Source: an uncultured Clostridia bacterium (GTDB taxonomy: Bacteria > Bacillota > Clostridia > TANB77 > CAG-508). From it: a stretch of 64,000 bases of DNA. Location: NCBI GenBank assembly GCA_934167965.1, contig CAKPMJ010000001.1, positions 108,487 to 172,486 on the forward strand. The letters are read 5' to 3'. A program made the position numbers and the translations under genes. The stretch's first letter is position 1. Each line of letters begins with the position of its first letter. The notes beneath the pieces are model-generated. The model was given only the letters and a program-made list of their open reading frames with translations, made no database searches and was not told where the DNA came from. This document shows positions 9,402 through 19,218 of this stretch, piece by piece.

Positions 9402-10400
9402 ATGAAAGATATAATAACTTTAGGAATTGAATCGAGTTGTGATGAAACATCAGTAGCTGTAGTAAAAAATGGTAGAGAAATTTTATCAAATATAATAGAC
9501 ACCCAAATACCAATACACGAAAAATACGGAGGAGTAGTTCCTGAAATAGCCTCAAGAAATCATATAGAGGCTATTTCAAGAGTTACAAAAAAAGCATTAG
9601 AAGAAGCAAAAATAACATTTGATGAAATAGATGCAGTAACGCCTACTTATGGACCAGGATTAGTAGGAGCTTTATTAGTTGGTGTATCATATGCAAAGGC
9701 ACTAAGTTTTGCTATAAATAAGCCATTAGTTGGAGTAAACCACATTCAAGGTCATATTGCAGCAAATTATATAACATATAAAGAATTAGAACCACCATTT
9801 TTGTGTGTTCTTATTTCTGGTGGAAATACGCAAATAGTAAATGTAAAAAGCTATACCGACTTTGAGATATTAGGGAAGACACGTGATGATGCAATAGGAG
9901 AAGCATTTGATAAGGTAGCAAGAGTTGTAGGTTTAGGATATCCAGGTGGACCTAAAGTAGATAAGCTAGCAAAAGAAGGAAATCCAGTATATAAATTACC
10001 AAAAACACATTTTGAAAATAGTTTAGATTTTAGCTTTAGTGGAATAAAAACAGCAGTTATAAATTTAAATCACAATACTCCAAATATAAATAAAGCAGAT
10101 TTATGTGCAAGTTTTGAAAGTACAGTAACAGATGTATTAATAGAAAATATAAAAATAGCATTAAAACAAACAGGAAGTACTAAACTTGCTATAGCAGGTG
10201 GAGTATCTGCCAATTCTTATATTAGAAAAGCAGTATTAAATTTAGAAAAAGAAATCCAAAATTTAAAAGTATATATGCCTGATATGAAACTATGTACAGA
10301 TAATGCAGCCATGATAGCATCAGCAGGGTATTATAATTTTGCAGCAGGAAAAAGAGATGAACTTGATTTAAATGCAATACCAAATCTAAAATTAAACTAA
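9402..10400 (+). CDS. tsaD: tRNA N6-adenosine threonylcarbamoyltransferase TsaD
   Basis: [15 protein letters not shown]-terminus and the GGVSAN and CTDNAAMIA motifs of the Kae1/TsaD family. Confidence 0.95.
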   Translation: MKDIITLGIESSCDETSVAVVKNGREILSNIIDTQIPIHEKYGGVVPEIASRNHIEAISRVTKKALEEAKITFDEIDAVTPTYGPGLVGALLVGVSYAKALSFAINKPLVGVNHIQGHIAANYITYKELEPPFLCVLISGGNTQIVNVKSYTDFEILGKTRDDAIGEAFDKVARVVGLGYPGGPKVDKLAKEGNPVYKLPKTHFENSLDFSFSGIKTAVINLNHNTPNINKADLCASFESTVTDVLIENIKIALKQTGSTKLAIAGGVSANSYIRKAVLNLEKEIQNLKVYMPDMKLCTDNAAMIASAGYYNFAAGKRDELDLNAIPNLKLN

Positions 10401-10413
10401 AGGGGGGATTAAA

Positions 10414-11127
10414 GTGTCTTTATTTGTTATAGGAGATTTACATTTAGCATTAAATGAAGATAAGCCAATGAATATTTTTGGAGATAATTGGCTAAATCAT
10501 GACGAAAAAATAAAAAAAGATTGGGAGTCAAAAGTTACAGAAAAAGACACTGTAATTCTTGTTGGAGATTTTTCATGGTCTATGCATTTAAAGGATACAA
10601 TAAAAGATTTTGAATTTTTAAATAGTTTGCCAGGCAAAAAGATTTTATTAAAGGGAAATCATGATTTATGGTGGACAACCGTAACAAACATGAAAAACTT
10701 TTTGAAAGAAAATAATTTTCAAAATATAGATTTTTTACACAACAACAGTTTTTTAATAGAAAACAAAATCATAACAGGAACGAGAGGATGGACTTTAAAT
10801 ACAGAAGATCCGGAAAATAGTAAAAAAATAATAAAAAGAGAATGTATGAGACTCAAAATGTCAATTGAACAAGGAATTAAACTATATGGGGAGGACAAGG
10901 AAATAATAGTTTTTATGCATTACCCTCCAATTACAAATATAAATGTGTCAAAAAATGAAACGACAGATTTTATAAAGATTATGATGGATTATAACATAAA
11001 GAGGTGCTTTTATGGACATCTACATGGTAATTCTATTAAAGATGCTGTAGAGCAAAATATAAATGGAATAGAACTAAAATTAGTTAGCAGTGATGGACTA
11101 GATTTTAAATTATTTCAAATAAAATAG
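10414..11127 (+). CDS. metallophosphoesterase family protein
   Basis: The GDLHL, GDFSW and GNHD motifs of calcineurin-like phosphoesterases. GTG start after AGGGGGGA. Confidence 0.75.
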   Translation: MSLFVIGDLHLALNEDKPMNIFGDNWLNHDEKIKKDWESKVTEKDTVILVGDFSWSMHLKDTIKDFEFLNSLPGKKILLKGNHDLWWTTVTNMKNFLKENNFQNIDFLHNNSFLIENKIITGTRGWTLNTEDPENSKKIIKRECMRLKMSIEQGIKLYGEDKEIIVFMHYPPITNINVSKNETTDFIKIMMDYNIKRCFYGHLHGNSIKDAVEQNINGIELKLVSSDGLDFKLFQIK

Positions 11128-11138
11128 AAAGGGATAAT

Positions 11139-13184
11139 ATGGTTGATTTAAATAAAGAAGTACAATACATAAAAAATGTTGGACCAAATAGAGTAAAGCT
11201 TTTAAATAAATTAAATATATTTACACTAGGTGATTTAATAACATATTTTCCTAGAAACCATGAGGATAGGAGTATTCCTAAAAAGATTGCAGAAACAACA
11301 GATGGAGAAGAAGTTTTGATAAAAGCAACTGCAATTACAAAAGTAACTGAAATGAGAACAAGAAGAATGACAATATATAAACTAGTTGTAAGAGACGACA
11401 CAGGAGTATGTACAATAACGTGGTTTAACCAAAAATACTTAAAAGACAAAATAAAAATTGGAAATACATATCACTTTTTTGGAAAAATAGAAAATAAATT
11501 AGGCAGAATAGAAATGAATTCACCTGTATTTGAAGAAGAGGGAGTAGAAAAAAATACTGGTAGAATAGTTCCTATATACCCATCTACATTTAATCTTTCA
11601 CAAAACATGTTAAGAAAAGTAATGGAATCAGGAATAAATGAAGTATATGGAAAATTAGAAGAAACATTGCCTGAATACATATTAGAGAAATATAAATTGC
11701 TAGAAATTAATGAAGCAATAAAAAATATACATTTTCCAGAAAGTAACTCTGATTTTATAAGAGCAAAAAATAGGCTTGTGTTTGAAGAACTACTTGGAGT
11801 ACAATTAGCTCTTTTAAATTTAAGAGAGGGATATAATGTAGAGAAAAAAGGTATTAAATTCAATAAAGATGTAAAGATGAATGATATTATAGACACATTG
11901 CCATTTAAATTAACTAATGCACAACTTCGAGTATTAAAAGAAATAAATGATAATATGGAATCAGAAAAAACAATGAATAGATTGTTGCAAGGAGATGTTG
12001 GTTCTGGAAAAACAGTAGTAAGTATTATTTCAGCATATAAAGCAGTAAAAAGTGGCTACCAAGTAGCTATAATGGCGCCTACAGCTATACTTGCAGATCA
12101 ACACTTGAAGAACTTCGAAAAAACATTGAAAAATTTTAATATAAAATGTGAGTTATTGATATCAAGTGTTACTAAAAAGAAAAAAGAAGATATTTTGCAA
12201 AGATTAGCTAATGGCGAAATTGATATATTAATTGGTACACATGCTATTTTAGAAGAAAATGTTGTATTTAATAATTTAGGATTAGTTGTTACAGATGAGC
12301 AACATAGATTTGGTGTAAAGCAACGTGCTAAAATAGTAGCAAAAGGAAATAATCCAGATGTTATAGTTATGTCTGCAACTCCAATACCAAGAACTTTAGC
12401 ACTTATTCTTTATGGTGACTTAGATATTTCTATAATAGATGAATTACCACCAAACAGAAAGAAAATAGATACATTTGCAGTTACAAAAGAATATGAAGAA
12501 AGAGTAAATAATTTTGTAAAAAAACAAATAAATGAGGGCAGACAAGCATATATTGTATGTCCATTAGTTGAAGACAGTGAGGAGCTAGATTTAAAGTCAG
12601 TTACAGCATTATATGAAAAATATAAAAATGAAGTATTTTCAGAATATAAAGTGGAGTATTTACATGGAAAGATGAAAGCAAAAGATAAAGATGAAATTAT
12701 GAATAGATTTAAAGATGGTCAAATAGATATATTAATTTCTACAACGGTTATTGAAGTTGGAGTAGATGTTCCAAATAGTAGTATAATGGTAGTAGAAAAT
12801 GCAGAAAGATTTGGACTTGCTCAACTTCATCAGCTTCGTGGTAGAGTGGGAAGAGGAGAATATCAATCATACTGTATTTTGAAATATGAGGGAAAAGGAA
12901 AAAACACCAAAGAAAGAATGAAAATAATGTGTCAAACTAATGATGGATTTGTTATTTCAGAAAAAGATTTAGAGTTACGTGGTTCAGGAGACTTTTTCGG
13001 TACAGCACAACATGGACTTCCAGAACTTAAGATTGCGAATTTGTTTGAGGACATACAGGAACTAAAAGTAATTCAAGAGCTTGCTCAAAAAATCATTAGT
13101 GATGATCCTCTTTTGGAACAAGAGAAAAATTATAGATTAAAGAAATTAGTTGAAAATAAATTTACGAACAGAATTGAAATTTAG
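11139..13184 (+). CDS. recG: ATP-dependent DNA helicase RecG
   Basis: Wedge/OB N-terminal domain. Helicase motifs GDVGSGKT, DEQHRFG, SATPIPRT and QLHQLRGRVGRG. Confidence 0.95.
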   Translation: MVDLNKEVQYIKNVGPNRVKLLNKLNIFTLGDLITYFPRNHEDRSIPKKIAETTDGEEVLIKATAITKVTEMRTRRMTIYKLVVRDDTGVCTITWFNQKYLKDKIKIGNTYHFFGKIENKLGRIEMNSPVFEEEGVEKNTGRIVPIYPSTFNLSQNMLRKVMESGINEVYGKLEETLPEYILEKYKLLEINEAIKNIHFPESNSDFIRAKNRLVFEELLGVQLALLNLREGYNVEKKGIKFNKDVKMNDIIDTLPFKLTNAQLRVLKEINDNMESEKTMNRLLQGDVGSGKTVVSIISAYKAVKSGYQVAIMAPTAILADQHLKNFEKTLKNFNIKCELLISSVTKKKKEDILQRLANGEIDILIGTHAILEENVVFNNLGLVVTDEQHRFGVKQRAKIVAKGNNPDVIVMSATPIPRTLALILYGDLDISIIDELPPNRKKIDTFAVTKEYEERVNNFVKKQINEGRQAYIVCPLVEDSEELDLKSVTALYEKYKNEVFSEYKVEYLHGKMKAKDKDEIMNRFKDGQIDILISTTVIEVGVDVPNSSIMVVENAERFGLAQLHQLRGRVGRGEYQSYCILKYEGKGKNTKERMKIMCQTNDGFVISEKDLELRGSGDFFGTAQHGLPELKIANLFEDIQELKVIQELAQKIISDDPLLEQEKNYRLKKLVENKFTNRIEI

Positions 13185-13195
13185 GAGTGAAATAT

Positions 13196-13387
13196 ATGTT
13201 ACAAATTGTTTTGAAATTAATTGGACTTATTTTTGTTTTAGCAGGAATTATAATGGTTTATGATGCTAGAATTTTGACTAGGAATTGGTTTAGTTTTGGT
13301 GACCAAAATGAGGCTTCTACAGGATTTAAAATTTTAGGTGCTTTAGTTTGCATTATTGGGGCTGTTATAGTATACTTTAATAGATAA
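13196..13387 (+). CDS. small membrane protein, hypothetical
   Basis: 63-aa ORF with two hydrophobic helices. GGAG RBS before the ATG at 13196. Confidence 0.35.
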   Translation: MLQIVLKLIGLIFVLAGIIMVYDARILTRNWFSFGDQNEASTGFKILGALVCIIGAVIVYFNR

Positions 13388-13389
13388 CA

Positions 13390-13426
13390 AAAAATACCAA
13401 AGGTTAAATACCTTTGATATTTTTTA
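13390..13426. terminator. bidirectional hairpin between the small ORF and tRNA-Leu
   Basis: ATACCAAAGG-TTAAATA-CCTTTGATAT flanked by an A-run and a T-run. Confidence 0.55.
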
Positions 13427-13430
13427 TGTT

Positions 13431-13514
13431 TGGTGCGGATGAAGGGACTTGAACCCCCACACCATTGGTACTGGTTCCTAAGACCAGCGCGTCTGCCAAT
13501 TCCGCCACATCCGC
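13431..13514 (-). tRNA. tRNA-Leu (anticodon UAG), CCA-encoded
   Basis: The reverse complement gives acceptor GCGGATG/CATCCGC, anticodon stem CTGGT/ACCAG with loop CTTAGGA, a long variable arm, a GGGGGTTCAAGTCCC T-arm, and ACCA at the 3' end. Confidence 0.9.
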
Positions 13515-13597
13515 AAATCAATTACAAAATATATATTAACACAAACATAAATATATGTCAATAGATTTTTTGAAAAAAATAATAATGGAGGATTACA

Positions 13598-14975
13598 ATG
13601 AATATACCAGTAGAGAAAAATAATGAGTATATAGTAGATATAGTAGATAATGGCTATGAAGGAGAAGGTATAGCAAAAATAGATGGGTTTACAATATTTA
13701 TTCCAAATAGTATAAAGGGAGAAAAAATAAAGATATTAATAGTTAAAGTCTTGAGTTCACATGCATTTGGAAAAATAGTAGATATATTAGAACCATCAAA
13801 ACATAGAATTAAGTCTGATTGCAGTACATATAAAAGATGCGGAGGATGCAACCTAAGACATATTGATTATGAGGAAACATTAAATATAAAACAAAATGCA
13901 GTACAGAGTTTAGTCAATAAGACTTTAGAAAATAAGATAGAAGTAAAACCAACTTGGGGAATGGGAAACCCATATCATTATAGAAATAAGTTGCAATTTC
14001 CAGTAGGAATAGATAAAAAACGGAGAACCTGTAATGGGAGTATTTGCTAATAGAACCCATGAAATTATTCCAGTAGAAAATTGTATGATACAAAGTGAAT
14101 ATGCTCAACAATTAGCTAGATATGTAATTGATATCATAAAAAAATATAAAATAACCATTTACAATGAAAATACACAAAAAGGATTAATTAGGCACATAGT
14201 TATAAAAACAGGATTTAGAACAAATGAAATGATGCTAATTTTGGTAATGAACGGAAAAGAGTTACCAAATGCAAAATATATTGCAAATGATCTAAAAGAA
14301 AACTTTAAAAATTTAAAAACAATAGTTGTTAATTCAAACATGAAAAATACAAATGTGATTTTAGGAAGAGATAATCAAGTTATATATGGAGATGGATATA
14401 TTAACGATATATTAGGAGATTTTGAATTTAAAATATCACCTAATTCATTTTATCAAGTAAACCCTGTTCAAGCAGAGGCACTTTATAACATAGCAATTGA
14501 ATCAGCTAATATTACAAAAGAAGATGTTGTTTTTGATTTATACTGTGGAATAGGTACAATTTCTTTGTTCGCTGCAAAATATGCAAAAAAGGTGTATGGA
14601 GTTGAAATAGTTGAACAAGCAATAGAAGACGCAAAAGAAAATGCTGTGTTTAATAAAGTTGATAATGTAGAATTTATTGCTGGAGATACAGAAAAGATTT
14701 TAGATGATTTGATTAATGTAGAGAATATTATCCCTAATGTAGTTATTGTAGATCCTCCTCGTAAAGGATTAGATAGAACATCAATTAATAATTTATTAAA
14801 GATTTTACCTAAAAAGATTATTTATGTTAGTTGTAATCCCGCTTCTTTGGTAAGAGATCTATCTCTACTTGAGTCTGATTATGATATCAACATGATTCAG
14901 CCAGTTGATATGTTTCCGTTTACTAGTCATGTGGAGTGCGTAGCAGTGTTACAACTAAAGAAAGACATATATTAA
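13598..14975 (+). pseudogene. rlmD: 23S rRNA (uracil-5-)-methyltransferase RlmD/RumA family, split by a +1 frameshift (window 14013-14047)
   Basis: ORF 13598..14050 has the TRAM domain and CxxxxxxCGGC cluster. ORF 14034..14975 has the SAM-MTase motifs DLYCGIGT and DPPRKG and the catalytic SCNP. Removing one base at the A6 run/CGG (14015-14021) reads ...GIDK(N/K)GEPVMGVFANRTHEIIP continuously. Confidence 0.75.
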
Positions 14976-15048
14976 AAGGAGATGAAAAGCAAATGAAAAT
15001 ATTAATGGGAACAAAAAATCCAGGAAAAATAGAAGGTGTAAACAAACT

Positions 15049-15618
15049 ATGAAAATAGGAATAGATTTAGATGGAGTAGTTATAGATAGCGAAACAACTT
15101 TTAGAACATACGAAGAAATCTATGATATAGATATATTAAAAGGAAATAACTTGATAGATAGAAAAGAACCAAAATTTCAAACAAGATATAATTGGACGAG
15201 TGAGCAAGAAAAAGAATTTATAAAAAAATATTTCTTAAAAGTATCAAAAGAAAGTAATTTAATGTCAGGATTTATAGGCGTGTATAATTTATTAAAAGAA
15301 CAAGGACATGAGTTTGTAGTCATTACTGCAAGAGGTGGATTTATAAAAGAAATGAAAGATGATGCAATAAGATTATTGGATAAAAATAATATTAAATTTG
15401 ATAAGTATTATTGGAATGTTGAAGACAAATTAGAAATTTGTAAAAACGAAAAAGTAGATATTATGATTGATGATGATTGGAGAATCATAAAGAAGTTAGC
15501 AGATGATAAGATACGTACATTGTATTTTAGAGATACAAACTTAATGAAATTAGAAGAAAATGACTATATCAAAGAAGTTAATAATTGGGGCGATGTATAC
15601 AGATATATTAAAATATAG
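15049..15618 (+). CDS. HAD-superfamily 5'(3')-deoxyribonucleotidase-like hydrolase
   Basis: DxD motif I (GIDLDGVV), VITARG and IMIDDD motifs, about 190 aa, NT5C-like architecture. Confidence 0.6.
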   Translation: MKIGIDLDGVVIDSETTFRTYEEIYDIDILKGNNLIDRKEPKFQTRYNWTSEQEKEFIKKYFLKVSKESNLMSGFIGVYNLLKEQGHEFVVITARGGFIKEMKDDAIRLLDKNNIKFDKYYWNVEDKLEICKNEKVDIMIDDDWRIIKKLADDKIRTLYFRDTNLMKLEENDYIKEVNNWGDVYRYIKI

Positions 15619-15654
15619 ATTAATGGCATATAATGACATATGGAGGATCTTTAT

Positions 15655-16197
15655 ATGCATTATATAAAAGTCAATTACATAAGAGACAGTAAGGCAATTT
15701 TGATATTATCTAAAGGAAAACGAGAAATATTCGAAACAGAAGCATTTGTGGGAAAAAATGGAATTACAACAAATCATATAGAGGGAGACGGAAAAACACC
15801 ATTAGGAATTTATGAATTGGGAATAGTTTTTGGAACCCATCCAATAGAAGAAGTACAAATTGGGAATTATATTCAAATAAATGATGAATTATATTGGGTT
15901 GATGATATTGATTCTAAATATTATAATAAATTAGTCAATATTAAAAATGTAAAAAAAGATTGGACATCGGCTGAACACCTTATAGATTACCCAAAGAGAT
16001 ATGAATATGCAATTGAAATAAAAACAAACCTACAAAATATAAAAGGAAAAGGTAGTGCAATATTCTTGCATTGTAGTATAAACGAGCCAACACATGGATG
16101 TATTGCTATAGATAGAGAAGCTATGAAAAAAATAATTAATTTTATAAAAAGTGAAGGTAAAGATAATTTAAATATACAAATAAGTAAAGGAATGTAA
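15655..16197 (+). CDS. L,D-transpeptidase-like (YkuD fold) protein
   Basis: C-terminal ...IFLHCS..EPTHGCIAI resembles the H-x(n)-GC(I/V) catalytic motif of L,D-transpeptidases. GGAGGA RBS before the ATG at 15655. Confidence 0.5.
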   Translation: MHYIKVNYIRDSKAILILSKGKREIFETEAFVGKNGITTNHIEGDGKTPLGIYELGIVFGTHPIEEVQIGNYIQINDELYWVDDIDSKYYNKLVNIKNVKKDWTSAEHLIDYPKRYEYAIEIKTNLQNIKGKGSAIFLHCSINEPTHGCIAIDREAMKKIINFIKSEGKDNLNIQISKGM

Positions 16198-16200
16198 ATT

Positions 16201-17028
16201 ATGGATAATAGAGCAATTGGAATGTTTGATTCTGGAATTGGTGGAATCAACGTATATAAAGAAATTAAAAAAGTGTTGCCATATGAGCAAATAATATATT
16301 TGGGAGATACAAAGAGATTTCCTTATGGAAATAAAACCAAAGAAGAAATAATTCAAATATCAAGAGAAAACATAGAATTTTTAATTTCAAAAAATGTAAA
16401 ATGTATTGTAATAGCCTGTGGGACAGCGACAAGCCAAGCATTAGATATTGTTGCAAAAGAATATGATATTCCAATAATAGGCATAATAATGCCAACCATT
16501 GAATATGTAAAAGAAACGGTAAAAGACAATGAAATTATAGGTGTAATTGCAACAAAAGGATCTATAAGAAGCAAACAATGGGAAAATAGATTAATTGATA
16601 ATATTCCAAGTATAAAAATAATTTCTAAAGCAACCCCATTGTTAGCTGATATTGCAGAAGAAGGCAAAATAGATGAAGAAGAAAGCAAAGTGATAATTCA
16701 TGAATATATGAAAGATTTTGAAAATATTGATAGATTGATTCTAGGCTGCACTCATTATCCATTATTTAGAAGACTGATAGAAAATGAGTTAAATAATAAA
16801 GTAGAGATAATTGATATTGGAATAAATGCAGCAAACTTTTTAAGTAAAAGATTTAGAACTGATGGGATGAATGCAAATTCAACAATCAAAAAAGATACAA
16901 TTTATTTAACTAGTATAAAAGAGAATCTAAATCAATATGGAAGAATATTATTTAATAGAGAAAATATCGAAAAAGATTTTGAAGAAGAAAAATATAAAAA
17001 TCAAGTTATATTTAAAGTAGAAATTTAA
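16201..17028 (+). CDS. murI: glutamate racemase
   Basis: The GMFDSGIGG, VIACGTATS and LGCTHYPL motifs of MurI. Confidence 0.9.
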   Translation: MDNRAIGMFDSGIGGINVYKEIKKVLPYEQIIYLGDTKRFPYGNKTKEEIIQISRENIEFLISKNVKCIVIACGTATSQALDIVAKEYDIPIIGIIMPTIEYVKETVKDNEIIGVIATKGSIRSKQWENRLIDNIPSIKIISKATPLLADIAEEGKIDEEESKVIIHEYMKDFENIDRLILGCTHYPLFRRLIENELNNKVEIIDIGINAANFLSKRFRTDGMNANSTIKKDTIYLTSIKENLNQYGRILFNRENIEKDFEEEKYKNQVIFKVEI

Positions 17029-17107
17029 AATAAAATAGATTGACTTATTAATAAGAAAATATTAAAATAGAAGTATAAATATTTTTATTTTTTAAGGGGA
17101 TGAAATA

Positions 17108-19012
17108 ATGAAGAAAAATTTGAAATTTAAATTAGTAATTGCTGCAATATTACTAATTGCATTAATATTCTTAGTTGGAGGGAATGTTAAAGCAGCCAAT
17201 ATTGAGAAAATATTAATAAATCCAGCATACGAAAATGAGTTTTCAAAAGAAGAAAAAGAAATAATTACAAAAGAGTTAGAAGATACAAAAAATAATTCTA
17301 AAGATTCTAAGAAAAGAGCAAGAACATATAATGATGTAATATATACTGAGAATAATTATAATGACCTAATGAAAGTTATGCAAAATGCTTTTGTCAGTAG
17401 AAATGGTACAATAACTATTATGTATAAATGCAGTAAAAGGGATGACTCTATTCTTGATAAAATAATTGAAGATGCAATGTCAGAACAATATGCGAATTCA
17501 AATAATAAGGCGGGAGATTATATAAAATACTCATTCAAAGCATATAGGTCTGATGCTAGTATAAATATTAACCCTACAAGTTCTGAAGCAATTTACCATA
17601 TAACTTATACAATAACTTATTTTACTACTTATACACAAGAACAAGAATTGGATAATGCAATTAGTGCATATTTAGCAACTTATAATGCTAGTACAAAAAC
17701 AAAATATCAGATGATTTTAGATTTTAACAATTACATATGTGATAATGCAGAATATGATTATGATAATTTAAATGATCCAAATCACTTTTTAAAATTTACA
17801 GCTTATGCAGCATTAATAAATCATAAAGCAGTATGTCAAGGATATGCAACTTTATATTATAGGTTACTAAAAGAATGTGGTATAGATAATAGAGTAGTTA
17901 TAAGTAATGAAATTTGCCATGCATGGAATGTAGTAAACTACCTTAATAAATGGTATTATGTTGATACAACGTGGAATGATCAAACATTTAGAACAATGTA
18001 TTTCATGAAATCTGTATCTGATTTTACAGATCATGGAAGTTTAACAGATGTTAATCCTGCAATAAAAGATTACCCAATGTCAAATACAAGTTTAGATTTA
18101 AATCAAGCATCAAAAATTACTCAACAAGAAGAAATACAAATAGCTGCACGTAATGAAGAACAAAATAGATTAGAAAATTATATAAATCCAGTGAGTGGAA
18201 TAAAAGTAACTCGTACAACATCTACAGAAATAAGTTTAACATGGGATAGGATGGCTAATGCCACACATTATGAAGTGTATAGATATTATAACGGTAAGTA
18301 TAGTTTAGTAACAACTACATCGAATACTTATTATACAGATAAAAATTTATGGACTGGTCAAGGTTATACATATAAAATAATAGCAATAAATAAGAATAAA
18401 GGAATATCATCTGTTCCGACTTATAAAAATACATTTACAAATCCAGCTAAACAATCAGGAGTATTTGCTTCTAAGCAAAATTCATCGTCAATAAAACTTA
18501 TGTGGAACCAAATGAGAGGAACCACAGAATATAGAATATATAAATATGATGCTAAAAAGAAAAAGTATGTAGAAATTGCAAGAAATAAAGGTATAGGCAA
18601 GAACTATTATACAGATAAAAAGTTAAAAGCAGGTACAACATATAAATACAAAGTAAGAGCTTATAGAACACAAGATGGAGAAACTAAAGCAGGAGATTAC
18701 TCATCAGTATTTACTACAACAACAGCAACAAAAAATACAAAAATAAAGAAAATTTCAACTAAAAAGAAAAAAGTTACTTTAAAATGGAATAAGATATCTC
18801 AAGCAACTGGATATGAAGTATATATGTCGACAAATAAGAAAAGTAAATATAAAAGAATAAAAACTATAAAGAAAAATAAAACAGTCTCATATACTACATC
18901 AAAGTTAAAAAAGGGTAAGAAATATTACTTTAAAGTAAGAACATATAGAACAGTAAATGGAAAGAAAGTATACAGTGGGTACACATCAGTCAAAAACATA
19001 AAAGTAAAATAA
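17108..19012 (+). CDS. secreted transglutaminase-like protein with three C-terminal fibronectin type III repeats
   Basis: Signal peptide/TM at the N-terminus. Transglutaminase-core CQGYA...CHAWN...D. Three roughly 90-aa W..(V/M)..A(T/S)(G/E)Y(E/R)(V/I)Y repeats, the last one very lysine-rich. Confidence 0.7.
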   Translation: MKKNLKFKLVIAAILLIALIFLVGGNVKAANIEKILINPAYENEFSKEEKEIITKELEDTKNNSKDSKKRARTYNDVIYTENNYNDLMKVMQNAFVSRNGTITIMYKCSKRDDSILDKIIEDAMSEQYANSNNKAGDYIKYSFKAYRSDASININPTSSEAIYHITYTITYFTTYTQEQELDNAISAYLATYNASTKTKYQMILDFNNYICDNAEYDYDNLNDPNHFLKFTAYAALINHKAVCQGYATLYYRLLKECGIDNRVVISNEICHAWNVVNYLNKWYYVDTTWNDQTFRTMYFMKSVSDFTDHGSLTDVNPAIKDYPMSNTSLDLNQASKITQQEEIQIAARNEEQNRLENYINPVSGIKVTRTTSTEISLTWDRMANATHYEVYRYYNGKYSLVTTTSNTYYTDKNLWTGQGYTYKIIAINKNKGISSVPTYKNTFTNPAKQSGVFASKQNSSSIKLMWNQMRGTTEYRIYKYDAKKKKYVEIARNKGIGKNYYTDKKLKAGTTYKYKVRAYRTQDGETKAGDYSSVFTTTTATKNTKIKKISTKKKKVTLKWNKISQATGYEVYMSTNKKSKYKRIKTIKKNKTVSYTTSKLKKGKKYYFKVRTYRTVNGKKVYSGYTSVKNIKVK

Positions 19013-19028
19013 TTATGCAAACCAACGG

Positions 19029-19057
19029 TTGACAAATTTGAATTAGCATGATAAAAT
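19029..19057 (+). promoter_or_regulatory. sigma-A type promoter (extended -10) for the ABC-2 transporter operon
   Basis: TTGACA (19029-19034), 17-nt spacer ending in TGa, then TAAAAT (19052-19057). Confidence 0.6.
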
Positions 19058-19063
19058 ATAAAA

Positions 19064-19200
19064 CATATTTAAGAGTTTACCTAAAGCAATTAGCTTGAGC
19101 GGTAAAGAGTAGAAAATAAAAAACTACTTACACTAATAAAGTAAGATTTGAGGTCTTGCAAAGGAGTCTTAAAAGGGTTTCTTTGTAAGGCCTTTTAAGT
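19064..19200 (+). promoter_or_regulatory. structured 5' leader with a terminator-like hairpin (unclassified)
   Basis: Successive hairpins TTTACC/GGTAAA, AGTAG/CTACT and CTTAC/GTAAG, then AGGTCTTGCAAAG...CTTTGTAAGGCCT followed by TTTT (19151-19196), just before the RBS of the ABC ATPase gene. Confidence 0.4.
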
Positions 19201-19218
19201 GTATAAGGGGGATTTAAA

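Noticed and set aside
14015-14021. A AAA AAC looks like a canonical -1 slippery heptamer at the rlmD break.
   Set aside because: The downstream conserved frame is +1 relative to the upstream frame (coordinates 2 mod 3 going to 0 mod 3). A -1 slip would land in the wrong frame, and no downstream stimulatory structure was evident.
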